NCBI RefSeq assembly: GCF_000002075.1
Contig: NW_004798253.1
Location: 57,805-121,804 of the forward strand
DNA from: Aplysia californica
Taxonomy: Eukaryota
Length of the DNA stretch: 64,000 nt
Direction: 5' to 3'
Positions within the stretch are counted from its first letter, which is position 1, and the number at the start of each line of letters is the position of its first letter. Under the pieces are notes generated by a model. It saw only the letters and a list, made by a program, of their open reading frames with translations. It was not told where the DNA came from and did not search any database. Positions 35,001 through 49,800 of the stretch are shown piece by piece. Both the position numbers and the translations under genes were made by a program.

Positions 35001-38000
35001 TCCCATTCTGTTTGGAGAGGGTAGACACGCCCATCTGAATTTCTATCACCTGTAGGCCTGGACCTACCAACATTACCTGTTGAGGGTCCTGCATCACCAC
35101 TAGATCTAACACACGAAGAAATACGACCAGCTGGAACTGGAACATTTATGAATCTATGTCACTATCAGGCTCTACATCAGACAAAATATTGTCTAGATAG
35201 AACCAATTGTTGTCACTACAATCTTTAAGCTCTTCACCTGAATCAGAGGCGTAGATCTAGCGATCTGGGAACGCTGAAGCCATGGAAGAATAAAAAATGT
35301 CCAAAAAAAACCTTCACAGCTCAAGAAACACGCTAAAAAATTTGAAGCGCTACATCAATGATTCAGCTATCGCATAGAGTGATTTCCCTTGATATTTACT
35401 TCCGTGGAGAATTCCGTTCGTTGTTTAGTGTATCCGGTCGAGTCGTCGATTTTACGCCGGCAGTACTGAACGGAAATTCCAGGCTGGTACTGTAAATGTT
35501 TATGTGTCCTGCGTGCTCATGTGACCTTATGCAGTTGCAAGCACCATAAAACACTTATCTTCCTAGTGAAGCGTTTTTTGATACTTGAAACGTCTTAAGA
35601 GATATTGAGGGTAATGTAATAGCTATTGCTTGACTCTGTTAATTTTTGCATTTTCGCATCAACTGAAGCACTCGAAACAGCATTTTTCAAAATTGGTGGA
35701 AGATATTTTTTTTTAAAGCCTCATTAGGATTACAGAAAATTCATAATTTTCTAGAGAATTTATTGACTTGTATAAAGACAATGAATCTTTTGTCAATGTT
35801 CCCAATTCTTTTATATCTAACTTGCTGGGCCCCCTTTCGATGAAAGAAATTATATTTACACTACTGGAATGGAGCAATAAATCTTGAGAGGTGCAAAAAA
35901 TTAGAACGTTTAGATCTATACTCTCAAAACAAAATGCGCCTCACGAAATATCACTCTCGGCACTTCCGCTCTGAAGGACAGCTACGCAGATTTGTTTCGT
36001 TTCTCAGTGGAATAATCACAAAGGCCAAAGAAGGACGGGAACTTTTTGTCAAATATATTTTTCTAAATTTAGAAAATGAATGAATAAAAAATTGGGCTCT
36101 GTCATGGGGACCTACCTATCTTTTTGTAGGTACTTACCAACTTTCAACTCTGTAGCTGTCGTAGTTTTATGTGTTTCTGAGTTGCCAAATATATAGTAGA
36201 TTCTAAAAAAAAAAAAAGACCTCCAACATACAGAAGGTAGTGATGCAACAGAGTGGTCAATTTAGTGATAGTATCAACTGAAAAAATGAAATTAAGGGAA
36301 ATGTTGTCAAAAACAGGCAACTCCACCTTGCCAACCATACATTGCTGAAGGACCTCTTTGTTCCTAATCAGTCTCTCTTCCTGGGCAGTAGAGAGGTCTG
36401 CCAGTCCATTTTTCCTCCTCTTAAAGATGGTTACTTTCCTGCTTTTTCTAAGCCACACCCTCTACGACAGTCTCTGTCCCCTCTCTTTGGGTACAGCCCC
36501 TTCTGGTGCCACTGTTCATGGTTTGGCCTGAGACCTGCAACTTCAGAAACCGCTTAAACGTTTCGGTGCCAGGGGCGCCAAAACAATGTAAATTTTCGCT
36601 GTCTATGAACTCTCAAGCTATGGAAGTCTCCAAACTCTGTCTAATTTTACTTCTAAAACCAGGCGACCTCCACCACCTTCAGTTGCAATATCTCGACTTT
36701 TATTCAAGATAGATGCATATTTTTTCCTCCAAAGCAAGACAAACGAACAAACTCTAAGATGATACCAATAACTGTACAAGCTAAAAAAAAAAGACGAGCA
36801 CATGATTCCACCTTGTCATGACACATGTTGTTCTGTGTTGATGCAAGTCTATGCTATGTTGATTAAAAAGAAATGTTTGTTGTATTTCCTTTCTGGGTCT
36901 TTTGTGCGCCAGTTTTTCATGTTTGCTTGTGCTCCTTTGGTCTGCCAGGTAAATTATGCTTCATATTCCTCACCGGTGGGTTGTTGGCAGGTGCTCTAGT
37001 GGGGTTTTCTTCTTCTTTCCTATCAAACATCTATCATCCTGATCTCTCCTCCTTCTTTTTTGTGTTTGTTACCCCCTTGTAACACCTCTAATCTTCAACA
37101 CTTATATGCTGCTCACCTTTCTAGCCCCGACAGCACAAAGTCTGCTTCAACAATCAAGGAACCCCGGAAATAGCAGTTCACAAGAGAGTGCCAAACATAC
37201 AAAAGAAGTATAGGTAAAATAATGATAGTGTGGACGAGGAAAGAAAAAGCAGCAGTTCTCCCTGTTGTTCCAGCACAGTATGAACATGACATTGATAAAT
37301 CAGCCCGTTTACAATTCTACTGTGCATAAGAACTTATTAATATCCCTCCTTTGGAAATGGCCTAAAGACACTTCAGTCAGTAGCACTACCCGGGGGGGGG
37401 GTGTTGATATTGAGAAATAGCTTCTCATAAAAGTGTCGGATTTCAATGACTGGAAATTGTTATCAGAATCTCTGTCAATGAACAAAGATGCTCCGTTTGT
37501 TAGAACTGGCCAGTCCCTGTGTACTGCAGTCGGTTTTCATGTTCTAAAAAAACCTCCTCAGCTGCCAGTGACCTCATTAGGATGTGCAGAATTAATGCAC
37601 CATCGAATATACTCTAACAACCACCCGTCCAAGACAATCACCTGTATACATAATAATATACCTGTATACATAATAATATACCTGTACAAATGACCACTTC
37701 CCACTCCCCTCCCGTGGTGGATTAAATTGTTCATTTTAATGACACACTCCAAGTTGTCCACCTGTCTAAGACAACCACTTTTCTCCTCATCAAGGAGTTG
37801 GTGTCTAGGACAGGTTTGACTGCATTTGGAATACCTTATCTTTTGTGACAGGTCAGAGGGTGGAGCTGTTCCTTTTGGGGTAATGAGTTGTGAGTATGAT
37901 CGGGCTGTTTTTTTATGTTTGGTATTTTATTTTTTTATTGAAGTTCTCTAATGTTTGACTGTTTTTTGTGTGTTTTTTTCAGTCCCAGCCCTACTCTTGT

Positions 38001-39167
38001 TGTGCTGTTGGCAGCAAGGACAGATCTGTTTCCATTTGGGTGAGCACCAAATTTTGACATGTGTTTCCTTACTTCAAAGGTGTAGAGCCAAATTTAAAAA
38101 AAAAGATTTGATAAATATTGCTCAAAAGGTAGAAAAACTTTGATTTCTTTCATTTCATTATTTTGGCGAATGCCTAATTTTACCACAATGCCTGTCGCAT
38201 GTACTAATGCAGCTTACCTCAAATTTTGGTAGCCAAAGGATACTAAAATATTCTAAAAAAAACACTGAAACCCTAACGTTAACCTATCTTACTTTTTGTC
38301 TGGCTCAACAGCCATTTGTAGATGGTTGGAGGGCGCAACTGGAAGGTCCTACTTTTTTACTTTCCCGCTGTTGTTTCTGTCTGACCTTTTCCCAGCACTG
38401 AATGACCATTATTGCGTCGATGTGCTTCTCTTTACTCAAACAAGCAAACAAACGAACAACAGCCATCCAAGTGTCGCTCGATGTGTTTCTCTTTTCATGA
38501 ACAAACAAGAAAATAAAATGATAAAATGTGTCTCTCTCTCTATCTCTTACAGCTGACCTGTTTGAAAAGACCTCTGGTGGTGATGCATGATTTGTTTGAA
38601 AATTCCGTCCTAGATTTATCATGGTGAGTTAGTCATGAGTTAGCTTGGTCCAATACTCCTGTCTCTCTCTTATGAAAAACAGTTATGTTGCTTTCTGTTA
38701 TAACCACAATTTATTGTCTTGATTGTTTACAGGTGAGGAGTACATGGGAATAACCGGTATAGTCACAAACTGGAAATTGTTAGGGTGTCAATTTTAAAAG
38801 CTTGTGGACTCATAAATAACTTCATATTTGTTTAACTGGTGGTTTATTGTTATGTTTGTTGAATGGGAAGTCTAGCAACAATAATCAACCAACAGTTGAA
38901 CTGAAATACAGTTATGAGTCTACAAATGTTCAAAATTGATACCCTCATGATTTTCAGTTTGTGACTATTCACGATTTTCCAATGGACTCCTCAGTTGTAA
39001 ATCTGTAAAACCATTTTTAGCTGTGGGCTGTTGTTGTTTTTTTTGGAGGGGGGATTGTTTGTTTGTTTGTTTTTGTTTTGTTTACTGAAAAAGAAATTCA
39101 AAGAGTAGTAGGAGTGAATGCATTCTGATTTATACTGACCAGTAAAAGTTTGTAGTAATAATTATTT

Positions 39168-39199
<32 letters not shown>

Positions 39200-39541
39200 T
39201 TGTATTTATATAACGTGTATCCATGCACTACAACATACTCTATGTGCTCTTCAACTCTAATTACCCCAGTACACCATAGAACACTCAAGAAACATTCTTG
39301 ACTTTCTGGGAAGCGTACAGTAAATCTTGTTCATTTGAAAGGTAGCTTTGTTGTCTGATGAGCAAAATCATGTAAAAAAGAACAAAAATATGTGAGTTAA
39401 ATGGAAGTCTGTACTAGTGCTGATTTGAACCTCGATTAATTTATGTTTTTGTTCAAATCTTCATTTTTTAAGAATAATATTATCTAACAATATACTCCAA
39501 TGTTACTGGATAAACGAGAACTTTCTCCTCTCTCTCTCTCT

Positions 39542-39584
<43 letters not shown>

Positions 39585-40821
39585 CCTCTGTCTGTCTGTT
39601 TCAGTCAGTCAGTCTGTCTGTCTGCCTGCCTGTCTCCCTCTCTTTCTCTCTCTTTCTCTCTCTCTCTCTCAATTGTATTTCATCTACATTCTGCATTACT
39701 TTCCATCTCTACGTGTCACAGGAGTCTTAGTGGCCTTGAACTACTTATCTGCTCCATTGATGGCACTGTCGGCTTTCTTGAGTTCTCAGCGGAGGAAATT
39801 GGCTGGGCTCTCACCAAAGAAGACATGGTAAGTTGGGCAGAAGGCTTTAGTTGGCGTAGAATTTTTTGGTAGATGTACCAAATGCAGAAACGAGTGAAGT
39901 TTTTTTTTCTTTTTTTTTTTCTATGAGGCCATGGTAATATTCATAGCTTGTCCTGATTGGTTTAAACATTCAATGTGTGTAGGTGATTTGCGGGTGCTCT
40001 TGTGTAGTTTGCTCCTTCTTTCATATCATACATCTGTTGTCCTTATCTCTATTTCTCCTTGTCTGGGGGCTCTCGTCACCTAGGGGTTAAGGTCCTCTCT
40101 TTCAAAGGTCCCGCGTTCGAATCCAGGTAGGGACGGAAATTTTTTTTTCGTTATAATAGTCTCCTTTCATCTCCTTTCCTGCTCTCTAGCAATGTTTTGT
40201 CGTCCGCTTTCATCACCACTTTCTGCCCCCCCTCACCTCCTTTGCCCCCTCCTCTGGGCTCCTGACTCTTTCTGCAGCCTTTCTACAGCTACTCCCTGGC
40301 TCCTTCTTGCTGTCTTTCAGCCACACCCCTGATGTTCTGGTAGGAAAGATCTACACCTAGCCTTCTCGGACAAGGGCGAAAAATTTCAGAGGTCCCGTGT
40401 GCAAGTTGCGCACATCAAAGATCCCTGGTCTAAAATCAATAAGAGTAGACTTCGGCCGTGACCCAGGCAAAATTCAAAATTTCCTACCAACTGAAAATGT
40501 TTAATGTGTCCTGCACGCTCATATGACCTTATGCAGTTGCGAGCGCCGTAAAACACTTACCATCTCTTTGTCTTTGTATGTTACTCTGTAGTAACACCTA
40601 ATCTTTGACAAAGTATGTGACCTATTTGTGTTGCAAGTGCTGAAAATTTCTCGCACTAAAACATAACTAAACATTCAATGAGTGCTCAGGTTATATCATA
40701 TGGCTGTCAGTGGGAGGTCACTCTGTTCTAAAAATTGGGACATTGCCGTTTTCATTACAGCTCTAGTACCAGACTGCAGCCATCTGTCTCAGGTGCGATT
40801 GCTGCAACAATGTCCTCTTAC

Positions 40822-40864
<43 letters not shown>

Positions 40865-43800
40865 GACAGAGGGAGAGAGACCAGAAATTTCCCTTTGAAG
40901 TTTTAGTTTTAGTGAGAGTTTTACGGCACTGGCAACACAATAAGGTCATAAAAGTGCCTAAATTCTCCATTGAAGTTGAAGTCAATATATTTCAAGCATA
41001 GGCAAATTTGACAGTGATTTTAAGGGTAGGTAGGTAGCAGATGAAATTCCTTACTTTATTAATATAACATTCAACAACATACATAGAGATCATAAAACAG
41101 TCGAGGGGTTCAAAATGAAAGACAAATAAATTGTAAAATATAATCATTCTTTCTTTGTGGGTTTAGAAAAAATGTTCCATGTTTTTTTTCTCCCTCAGAC
41201 TGGTCTGCTGGAGTCTGTCTATGGCAAAAGCATATCCCTCAATATGGCTACTAGTGTTGGGTCCCAAATCATCGAGTCGGCAGCCATGTTGAATCTTCAG
41301 GAGCAGCAGAAGAGCAAGGAGGCAAAGGTCATCGCCATGACGCCCACCAAAAACAGCAACATGTCCTCGCAGATGTCAGCCAGTGGAGACAACACTCCTT
41401 TCAAGGTCATCATTGAAAGCTGAGAATAAATTCTCTGGGGTCTTTGCCAAATTTGTATCAAGGCTTCAAGTTTACTTTTAATTTTTGCCTTGTTCACCTT
41501 CGTATGACTGCGCCTAAAACAAAATGAAATCACTGGGTTTAATCTTTTCAGATTTCTGCATACGGGTCTAAAATTTGGATGACCAACAGAATCTTAAAAA
41601 GCCCGTTCATGAAGGTCGCTGCAAATTAAGGTTCCGAAACGTTTTCTTTGATTAAACCTAAAGCGGGTTTAAAAAAATAGGGAAATTAAAGCATGCGCCT
41701 AAAGACTTAAAAGTTGACGTATTTTCCTCAACACCGCATTTTAACTCTCGCCCAAGAAACACGATTTAAGAGACGGTGTGAGTAATTTTCGAGACCTGTT
41801 GAGCACACGGAGACGTCTAGACAGCCAGGGAATGAAATCTCCAAGCTTACACTGACATGTAGGGGCAGGGCTGTGTCGCTATCTCAAAATGAGCAATTTG
41901 CTGACAAAGTTACTGTAAGTCATTTATTTTAGTGGTCCTATTTATGTATCCAATGAACAGTCAGGTGAAAGTGAACAAGCTATTATAGAGCTTTTTTCGC
42001 TGTACATGATTTGATTTTGGAAGCCTCATCGTATCTTTTTTCACTGTTGGGGGTGATNNNNNNNNNNNNNNNNNNNNNNNNNNNNNNNNNNNNNNNNNNN
42101 NNNNNNNNNNNNNNNNNNNNNNNNNNNNNNNNNNNNNNNNNNNNNNNNNNNNNNNNNNNNNNNNNNNNNNNNNNNNNNNNNNNNNNNNNNNNNNNNNNNN
42201 NNNNNNNNNNNCTCCTGTCTCCCTTTCCTTCTCTCATGGTTATAGTATCCTCAACTTTTCCCTAAAAATTCGCTTTAAGTTTAGTGCGAGTAGATTCATT
42301 TGCTGAGGGTAATCCCAGTACGGCATGCCCAGCAAAATGTTTTGCCTATTGTCAGTAAAGCGGTTTGTAGAAGACCAGCCAAGATAAACCTTGTAAAGTC
42401 ATGCAAAGTCAGTCTTACAATTTTCATTTATGTTCGCTCGGCATCAATGAGAACCTTCCGAGATCGTGGTCTCAAATGATATATCCAACTATACAGTTAT
42501 CTGTTAATGAATTATGTAAAAATATAAAGTTGGGTTCAGTGCATCGTATCTTATCATTTCATAGTTTAAGTTTCATCAAACTCCCAGGAGGTGAAAGGTT
42601 ATCAGAATAAGGAAGTTTCTTTAACTTTTTGTTTTTGTGCATGTTCTCAGCCTGTGGATAAGCAAATTGAGACGCGCACGGCTGATGGAAGGAGAAGGAT
42701 CACTCCGATATTTTTGGCTCCGCAGCCAGAATTTGGGTAAGTTGTCTTCATTTATTTTTTTTGAAAGTTTAGTTTTCGTTTGGGGCCAGTGAGGTTCATT
42801 GGTGCCTTACTTGGCCTGTTTTTCTATTTTCTTGGCATGGTAGGTAGGAGATAACACAGAATTACCTTCCAGACTAAGTGTGGTGTGGTAGGTTTTGCAT
42901 CCCATCTCCCTTCTCCCTTACACCCCCCCCCCCTATCCCGACCAACCCGTCTCCCTTTCTATGCCTTCAGCAGGTAAATAATGGGAGCTGGATCCCTACT
43001 AAGATGGATTAAGGAAGATTTTGCTTATCTCCTTTAGCGTTTGTTTAAGAAAATTGATATTAAATATACCCTTTTATATGATCAATTGTGTATTACGCCC
43101 CCTCTTGTACCAATGCTGAAACAATCCAGTTTTGGGTTATTAATATTCCTATAGAAAAGTCAGATATGACAGAGACAGATGATGTCAGAAATTCTCCTCC
43201 TTTCTCCCGTTTCCCCGAGATGTTCGAAAACATTTCCGTAATCATGTGACTCTTCGTCCCACAGGGAAGTTCCTTTGCCATTCACGTCCAACTCTAACAT
43301 CGGTTTCCACTCATCGTCGGAGAAGAGCAAAATTGTTGTGGAGAAGCAGAACAGAGTGACTGCCCCTGGCATGCTGTCGCCGTCGTCGGGTTCCAAATCG
43401 ATGCCGTCGCCTCCCATAAGTGCACTTGCTGCAGCAGCGGTGGCAGCAGGAGCAGCAGTGAGGGATGCACTGAGCTCTTCATCGCAACATGCGCAGGTAA
43501 GAGGGAACGATTGTCCTTTCTTTTATCAGGAAAGCAATTGTTTTTTCCTCTCCCCGCCCCTCCCAATCATTTTCACTGAAAGAAAGTTTTAAGAACAGTT
43601 ACTATTCTCAGCATTTATTTTCTGTTTAACCCAATAAGAGTTGTGTGTTTTCATTGTCCTTTTGTTGGCAAATGCAACTTCATAAATTCTTAATTGTTTT
43701 CACAAAATCCCTTTTGTATCCTTTCTCGTTTCTTTATGGGTGCCACACTGGGATTTGAATGGCGGCTGAAGCCTACTCTTATCAATTTTAGACCACCAAG

Positions 43801-46800
43801 GGATCTTTATCATGCGCAACTTACACACTGGATCTCCGAGATTTTTCGCTCTTGTCCGAGAAGGCTATTGCCTCCGTCTGTCCCCGTCTCTGCTACAATG
43901 AAATGGGTGGTTGGCGGGTTCTCTGGTGTGGTTTGATACTTCTGTCCTATCATCCATATATCCTCTTTATCTCTCCTACTTCTTTTTTATGTATGATACC
44001 CTCTTGTAATATCTCTAATCTTCAGCACTTATATGACCTATTTTGTGTTGCAAGTGCTGTAAAACTATTACTAAAAACTGAACTAAACTGCTACAAGGAA
44101 CTACTTCATGAAGTTATGGACCTCTGTTGGATTTTACATTGTTAGTGTACAATGTTTTTAAACATCAGTTTCCTGTTCTTCCAGAATATGTAATGAAAGT
44201 ATTTAAATTTTAAAGAGTTGCACAATAAATGCTTTGTTGTTAGGGCTGGGTACAAAATGTTCTAGTGGGGGGGAGAAAAGGGGTCCTTGACACCCTATCG
44301 AAGAAGGTTTGCCTTGGTCATATGGTCGCTTTTAAGGACAAGGGGGCTAACCCAGATTTTGGGGGTTTCCAGAAATCTTGTTGCCCTACCTATAGAAGAA
44401 GTTACATTTCATTGGCGTGTATATTTGTTTGGTTATAGAAAAAACCCTCATCTTTTAAAGATAGATTTCATAGGTCCAAAAATTTTACTTCCGATTTTCT
44501 GTAAACAGTATTTTTCGGGATAGCCCCCTTGTGCTTAAAAACAACCATATTATTACACATTTTATGGCCAATTTTCTATCTGTTGATTACTAAAACATAT
44601 GTTGGTAGGTGGGCAGCCCTGCATACTCGTTTCATGTCTAATGGTGTCACTCCCTTATTTTCTGTTTCTCAAACTTTCATGAAATGTTACAGTCATTGAA
44701 GGCTGGTGGGGAGGCTGTGCTGGAGAAGGCACAGGCCAAGGTGGGTCCAGAAGGCACGCCGGAGAAGACAGCTCTCAAAGTGTTGCAGGCTGCCAATGAG
44801 ACGACTCCAGAGAAGACACCAATGACGACGACCTCAAACAAATTGTTGCTGTCTGCGGCAAGTCAAGAGCGGAGCTCCCCCCAGTGAGTGGTGGCTGGTT
44901 TGTTTGTTTGTTTATGTTTGTTTGTTCTCTTGACTGGGTTGTTTGTTTGATTGATTGTTTGTTCACCTGGCTGGTTGGTTTGTTTGTTTGTTCACTTGGC
45001 TGGTTTGTTTGATCATTTGTTCGTTTGTGTGTTTGTTCATTTGTTTGTTTGAGTTACGAGAAAACTCATTGCGGTGATAATGTTCTTTATGTCATGAGAA
45101 AAAGCCAGATGAAAGAGAACAGTGGAAAGAAAACAAAGGAGAAGGATTTCTTTGAGATGCCCATTGATCACCCAAATCGACTGAAGGGAGAGTGGCAGGG
45201 ATTACAGTTTGCTTGTAGTTCTTTGGTAGTTCTTGGCTTTTGCTCCTTCTTTCCCCATCTCTTTCTCTTTTCGTCATCTGACTGATGCACCGTCATGGAA
45301 GCTATGAGCTTCCATTTGTGGCCATCGTGGTCTCATTGCTTTTGTTGTTGCATAGAATGACACGGAAGTAGGAGACTTTTAACAGTCGCATCAACGGTAG
45401 GTTTTTTTTATTATACAATAGAAACAAACTTTATTAGTGTCTGTTAAGCCTTTCTGCTCCAAACAAGGTGTGTCGTGGATGAAGTTGTTTTGACTGTCAA
45501 ACACAAAGAAAGCAGTGTAGTTTGAGTTTTGCAGAAAGTCCAAAGTTAGCGAAAATTATTTTTGGATGTTGTAAAGTTGTTACATACATGAGACACGTGA
45601 AAATGCTGACTTTTGCAATGTTGTTTTGATTGTTGAGTTGCGCAGTAGTATTTGAGTACACAGTAATTTTCTCATTGCTCCATTTGTTTTTTAATGCGCA
45701 AAAGGGTATTTTAGAAAGAAAAAAAGAGGTCAGGATGTGAATTGACATGAATTTTGCGCTTCATTTTGTGAACAGGGTGGAAAAAGTTTCATCGAGTGAG
45801 AAATCGGACAAGTCATCAGTGGCATCTCCCGTCGTGCCCGAAAAGTCAAAGGCTGGGGAAAAGGTCAAGGACTCTGTGGGGAAAGACTCTGCCAAGGACA
45901 AGGTCAAGACAAAGTTGCCGTCAGGTCTGAGCCTCAAGAGGAAGCTTGGGGAGGACAAGAGGTATAGGTACATGTCAATGTCCACGGTGATGGACGCTTT
46001 GCTGCTGCTTTCATTATTATCGAGGTACCGTAGTAAGACCTCAGCGTATTGTGCCTTATCGGATCGGTTATGACATATGTTGTAGTTATGACTTGCTGTT
46101 GCCTTGCTCTAATAGGGAAGGTTTCCTAGGAACTTGAGGCCTAGAAAAATATAACGGTAGCAAGCTGTTCAACTGTTCCAAACTGAACAAAACGAAAATT
46201 TTTCAAGAGAGAAAAACTTTCATTAAAAAATTTTTTTTTACTGCATTATGTATCTTTTCTGACTTCTTTCAACATTTAGAATTTTGATTTTGACAAAACA
46301 TGTCTTGAGCATGCGCAGCAAGTATCACTGTAATTTTTTAAGATTTTCAAAAACGTTTGGTTTAGTAAATCTGAACAGCGGGCTGATGAACTGCGGAAGT
46401 ATTGCAGTGTGTTTGCAGTATCGGAGTAAGGCACATACGCTGCAGGTTTTACTTTAATATAACGACACTGGAATCTGATGTTTGTTTACCGTCGCCCAGA
46501 GCTAAGAAACCTAACTTTTTTTGTGATATTAGCTTTGATTGACTTGAGCAACATGGCGAGACGGGGGGTAGGGGGTTGGGGGGAGTGCACGTGGGCCACC
46601 ACAGTGCAACAAAATTGATTGAATTGGTCTATGTATAAAAAAGATGAAAGCCTATTTTTGTGGTCCATAATGCCAATCAGAGACTGAAGACTCATGAAGT
46701 AGGTGTGCTTTTAGCTCAGGTGATGCCATGCTGGGTTATGGCACCGATGACCCAAGTTTGAATCCCTAATGGGATGTTCCTGAATTTTGGTAGATCTGAG

Positions 46801-49800
46801 AGTTTTCAAGGCTCTCCGCTCATTTGGCTGGGTTTTGACAGTGATGGATGTCAAATTTGGGAGGTCTTGTGTCTTACATAGCCTGACCTTATCACCACAT
46901 GGCATTGGACAGAAGGGCAAGGGCTCAGCTGTTGCTGGATCAAAAACAAATAACCTGACCTTGTTTTAAAGGGGTGTTAATAAAGCAATGTGGTTATGAT
47001 TGACTGCGGTGTTGCATTGCTTTGGAAGAAATTTGCGTAGCCTTAAACGAAAATAAAAGTGGTTTGGAGAAACATTTCTGGCGGTGTCTGAGTGTTGGAT
47101 TCTGGTGTTGGTATATTATATTTCCCTTAGCCTCCTTCAACCCTTGCCTAGCTGATCCCACCCGCTGCTGAGCATGGGCACCCTCACTCACTAGCACGCT
47201 GTTGATCTCTGACTTCACTCGGCGGGTGGGATTGTTTTTTATTTTGTTTTAGAATAGTTTTACGGCACTTACAATACAGTAAGGTCATATAAGTGCTGAA
47301 GATTAGAGGTGTTATAAGAGAGTAACAAACATTTAAAAAAAGAAGGAAGTTGTTCTTTTTAGNNNNNNNNNNNNNNNNNNNNNNNNNNNNNNNNNNNNNN
47401 NNNNNNNNNNNNNNNNNNNNNNNNNNNNNNNNNNNNNNNNNNNNNNNNNNNNNNNNNNNNNNNNNNNNNNNNNNNNNNNNNNNNNNNNNNNNNNNNNNNN
47501 NNNNNNNNNNNNNNNNNNNNNNNNNNNNNNNNNNNNNNNNNNNNNNNNNNNNNNNNNNNNNNNNNNNNNNNNNNNNNNNNNNNNNNNNNNNNNNNNNNNN
47601 NNNNNNNNNNNNNNNNNNNNNNNNNNNNNNNNNNNNNNNNNNNNNNNNNNNNNNNNNNNNNNNNNNNNNNNNNNNNNNNNNNNNNNNNNNNNNNNNNNNN
47701 NNNNNNNNNNNNNNNNNNNNNNNNNNNNNNNNNNNNNNNNNNNNNNNNNNNNNNNNNNNNNNNNNNNNNNNNNNNNNNNNNNNNNNNNNNNNNNNNNNNN
47801 NNNNNNNNNNNNNNNNNNNNNNNNNNNNNNNNNNNNNNNNNNNNNNNNNNNNNNNNNNNNNNNNNNNNNNNNNNNNNNNNNNNNNNNNNNNNNNNNNNNN
47901 NNNNNNNNNNNNNNNNNNNNNNNNNNNNNNNNNNNNNNNNNNNNNNNNNNNNNNNNNNNNNNNNNNNNNNNNNNNNNNNNNNNNNNNNNNNNNNNNNNNN
48001 NNNNNNNNNNNNNNNNNNNNNNNNNNNNNNNNNNNNNNNNNNNNNNNNNNNNNNNNNNNNNNNNNNNNNNNNNNNNNNNNNNNNNNNNNNNNNNNNNNNN
48101 NNNNNNNNNNNNNNNNNNNNNNNNNNNNNNNNNNNNNNNNNNNNNNNNNNNNNNNNNNNNNNNNNNNNNNNNNNNNNNNNNNNNNNNNNNNNNNNNNNNN
48201 NNNNNNNNNNNNNNNNNNNNNNNNNNNNNNNNNNNNNNNNNNNNNNNNNNNNNNNNATTACGCAACTTGCACACTGGACCTCTGAGATTTTTTACCCTTT
48301 TCTGAGAAGACTTGGTGTAGATCTCACCTACCATAAGATCAGGGGGCGTGGCTGAAAAACAGCAGTAAAAAGGAGCCAAGGAGTAGCAGTAGAAAGGCTG
48401 CAGAAAGAGTCAGGAGCCCAGAGGAGGGGGCAGAAAGTGGAGACGGAAGCAGACAACAGAACATGTTTTAGAGAGCAGGAAAGGAGGTTAAAGTAGAAAA
48501 TTTTAGAGCAGAAAATTTTCTGTCGCTGTCAGGGTTTGAACTCAGGACCTACTGAATGAGAGGTGAACAACCTCACAAACTATGACATAACACAACCACA
48601 CAGACTATAACACCACATACTGCTGTTTTATCATCACTTCTATGGATCAGTCATGGGACATGTTCTGTTGTCTGCTTCCGTCTCCACTTTCTGCCCCCTC
48701 CTCTGGGCTCCTGACTCTTTCTGCAGCCTTTCTACTGCTACTCCTTGGCTACTTTTTACTGCTGTTTTTCAGCCACGCCCCTGATCTTATGGTAGGGGAA
48801 CCCGGCTTTCTGTGTTCATTGTGGTTGCTGGTTGTATGTTGTGTAATAGTCTGGGAGGTTGTATGTCAAGTAATAGTTTCGGGGCTTGTATGTGGTGTTA
48901 AAGCCTGTATGGTTGTGTTATGTCATAGTTTGTGAGGTTGTATGTGGTGTTATAGTCTGTGTGGTTGTATGGTATGTCATAGTTTGTGAGCTTGTATGTG
49001 GTGTTACAGTCTGTGTGGTTGTATGGTATGTCATAGTTTGTGAGGTTGTATGTGGTGTTACAGTCTGTGTGGTTGCGTTATGTCATAGTTTGTGAGGTTG
49101 TATGTGGTGTTATAGTCTGTGGAATTGTATGTTATGTTGTGTGGTCTGTGTGGTTGTAAGTGGGTGGTTGGTGGGTGCTCTGGTGTGGTTTGCTTCTTCT
49201 TTCCTTTCAAACATCTATCGTCATTATCTCCCCCCCCCCCTCCTGTTTTGTGCTTGTTACTGTCTTGTAACACCTCTAATCTTCTGCACTTATGTGACCT
49301 TATTGTGTTGCAAGTGCTGGGTTGTATGTGGTGATATAGTTTGTAGAGTTATATGTGGTGTTCTAGTCTGTGAGGTTGTACATTGTGTTATATCTCTTGG
49401 GGTTGTATTTTGTGCTTTGGTCAGGGGGATTCTCTGTTTGCCAGATGTGTTACTGCTGTTTGATCATCACTTCTATGGATTACTCATGGGACCTCTGATG
49501 TGATCCACTTTCACTTCTAAGGTTTATTTTTAGCTTTTTTTGCTCTTGGTACGACGTGCTGCCTCTATGTGCTGGAAGCTACCAACCCTTGTTGTTGCTA
49601 AATGGCCTTATTCATTCAATGGCTATCTATTTGTCTCTGCTTTCAGCATTATATGTGGCTGTTTATAGGATTTTGAGTTTTAGTTGAGTGCATTTTGCTT
49701 AATTGTCTCTGTTGTTTTTAATCTTTGTCTGTATCATGTTTAACATACCTGAAAATGTAATACCGTTGGACTCTTTTTCCATGTGAATAATGTGCAAGTT

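Noticed and set aside
47363-48256. Missing HIRA exon hidden in the gap
   Set aside because: Flanking exons join in phase (2-2) and read ...GEDKRYGKRGRP; no exon is required, though a symmetric one cannot be excluded. The same holds for the other intronic gaps.
47333-48379. Long ORFs of 250-350 aa here and at 55339-56437
   Set aside because: They are produced by translating through N runs.
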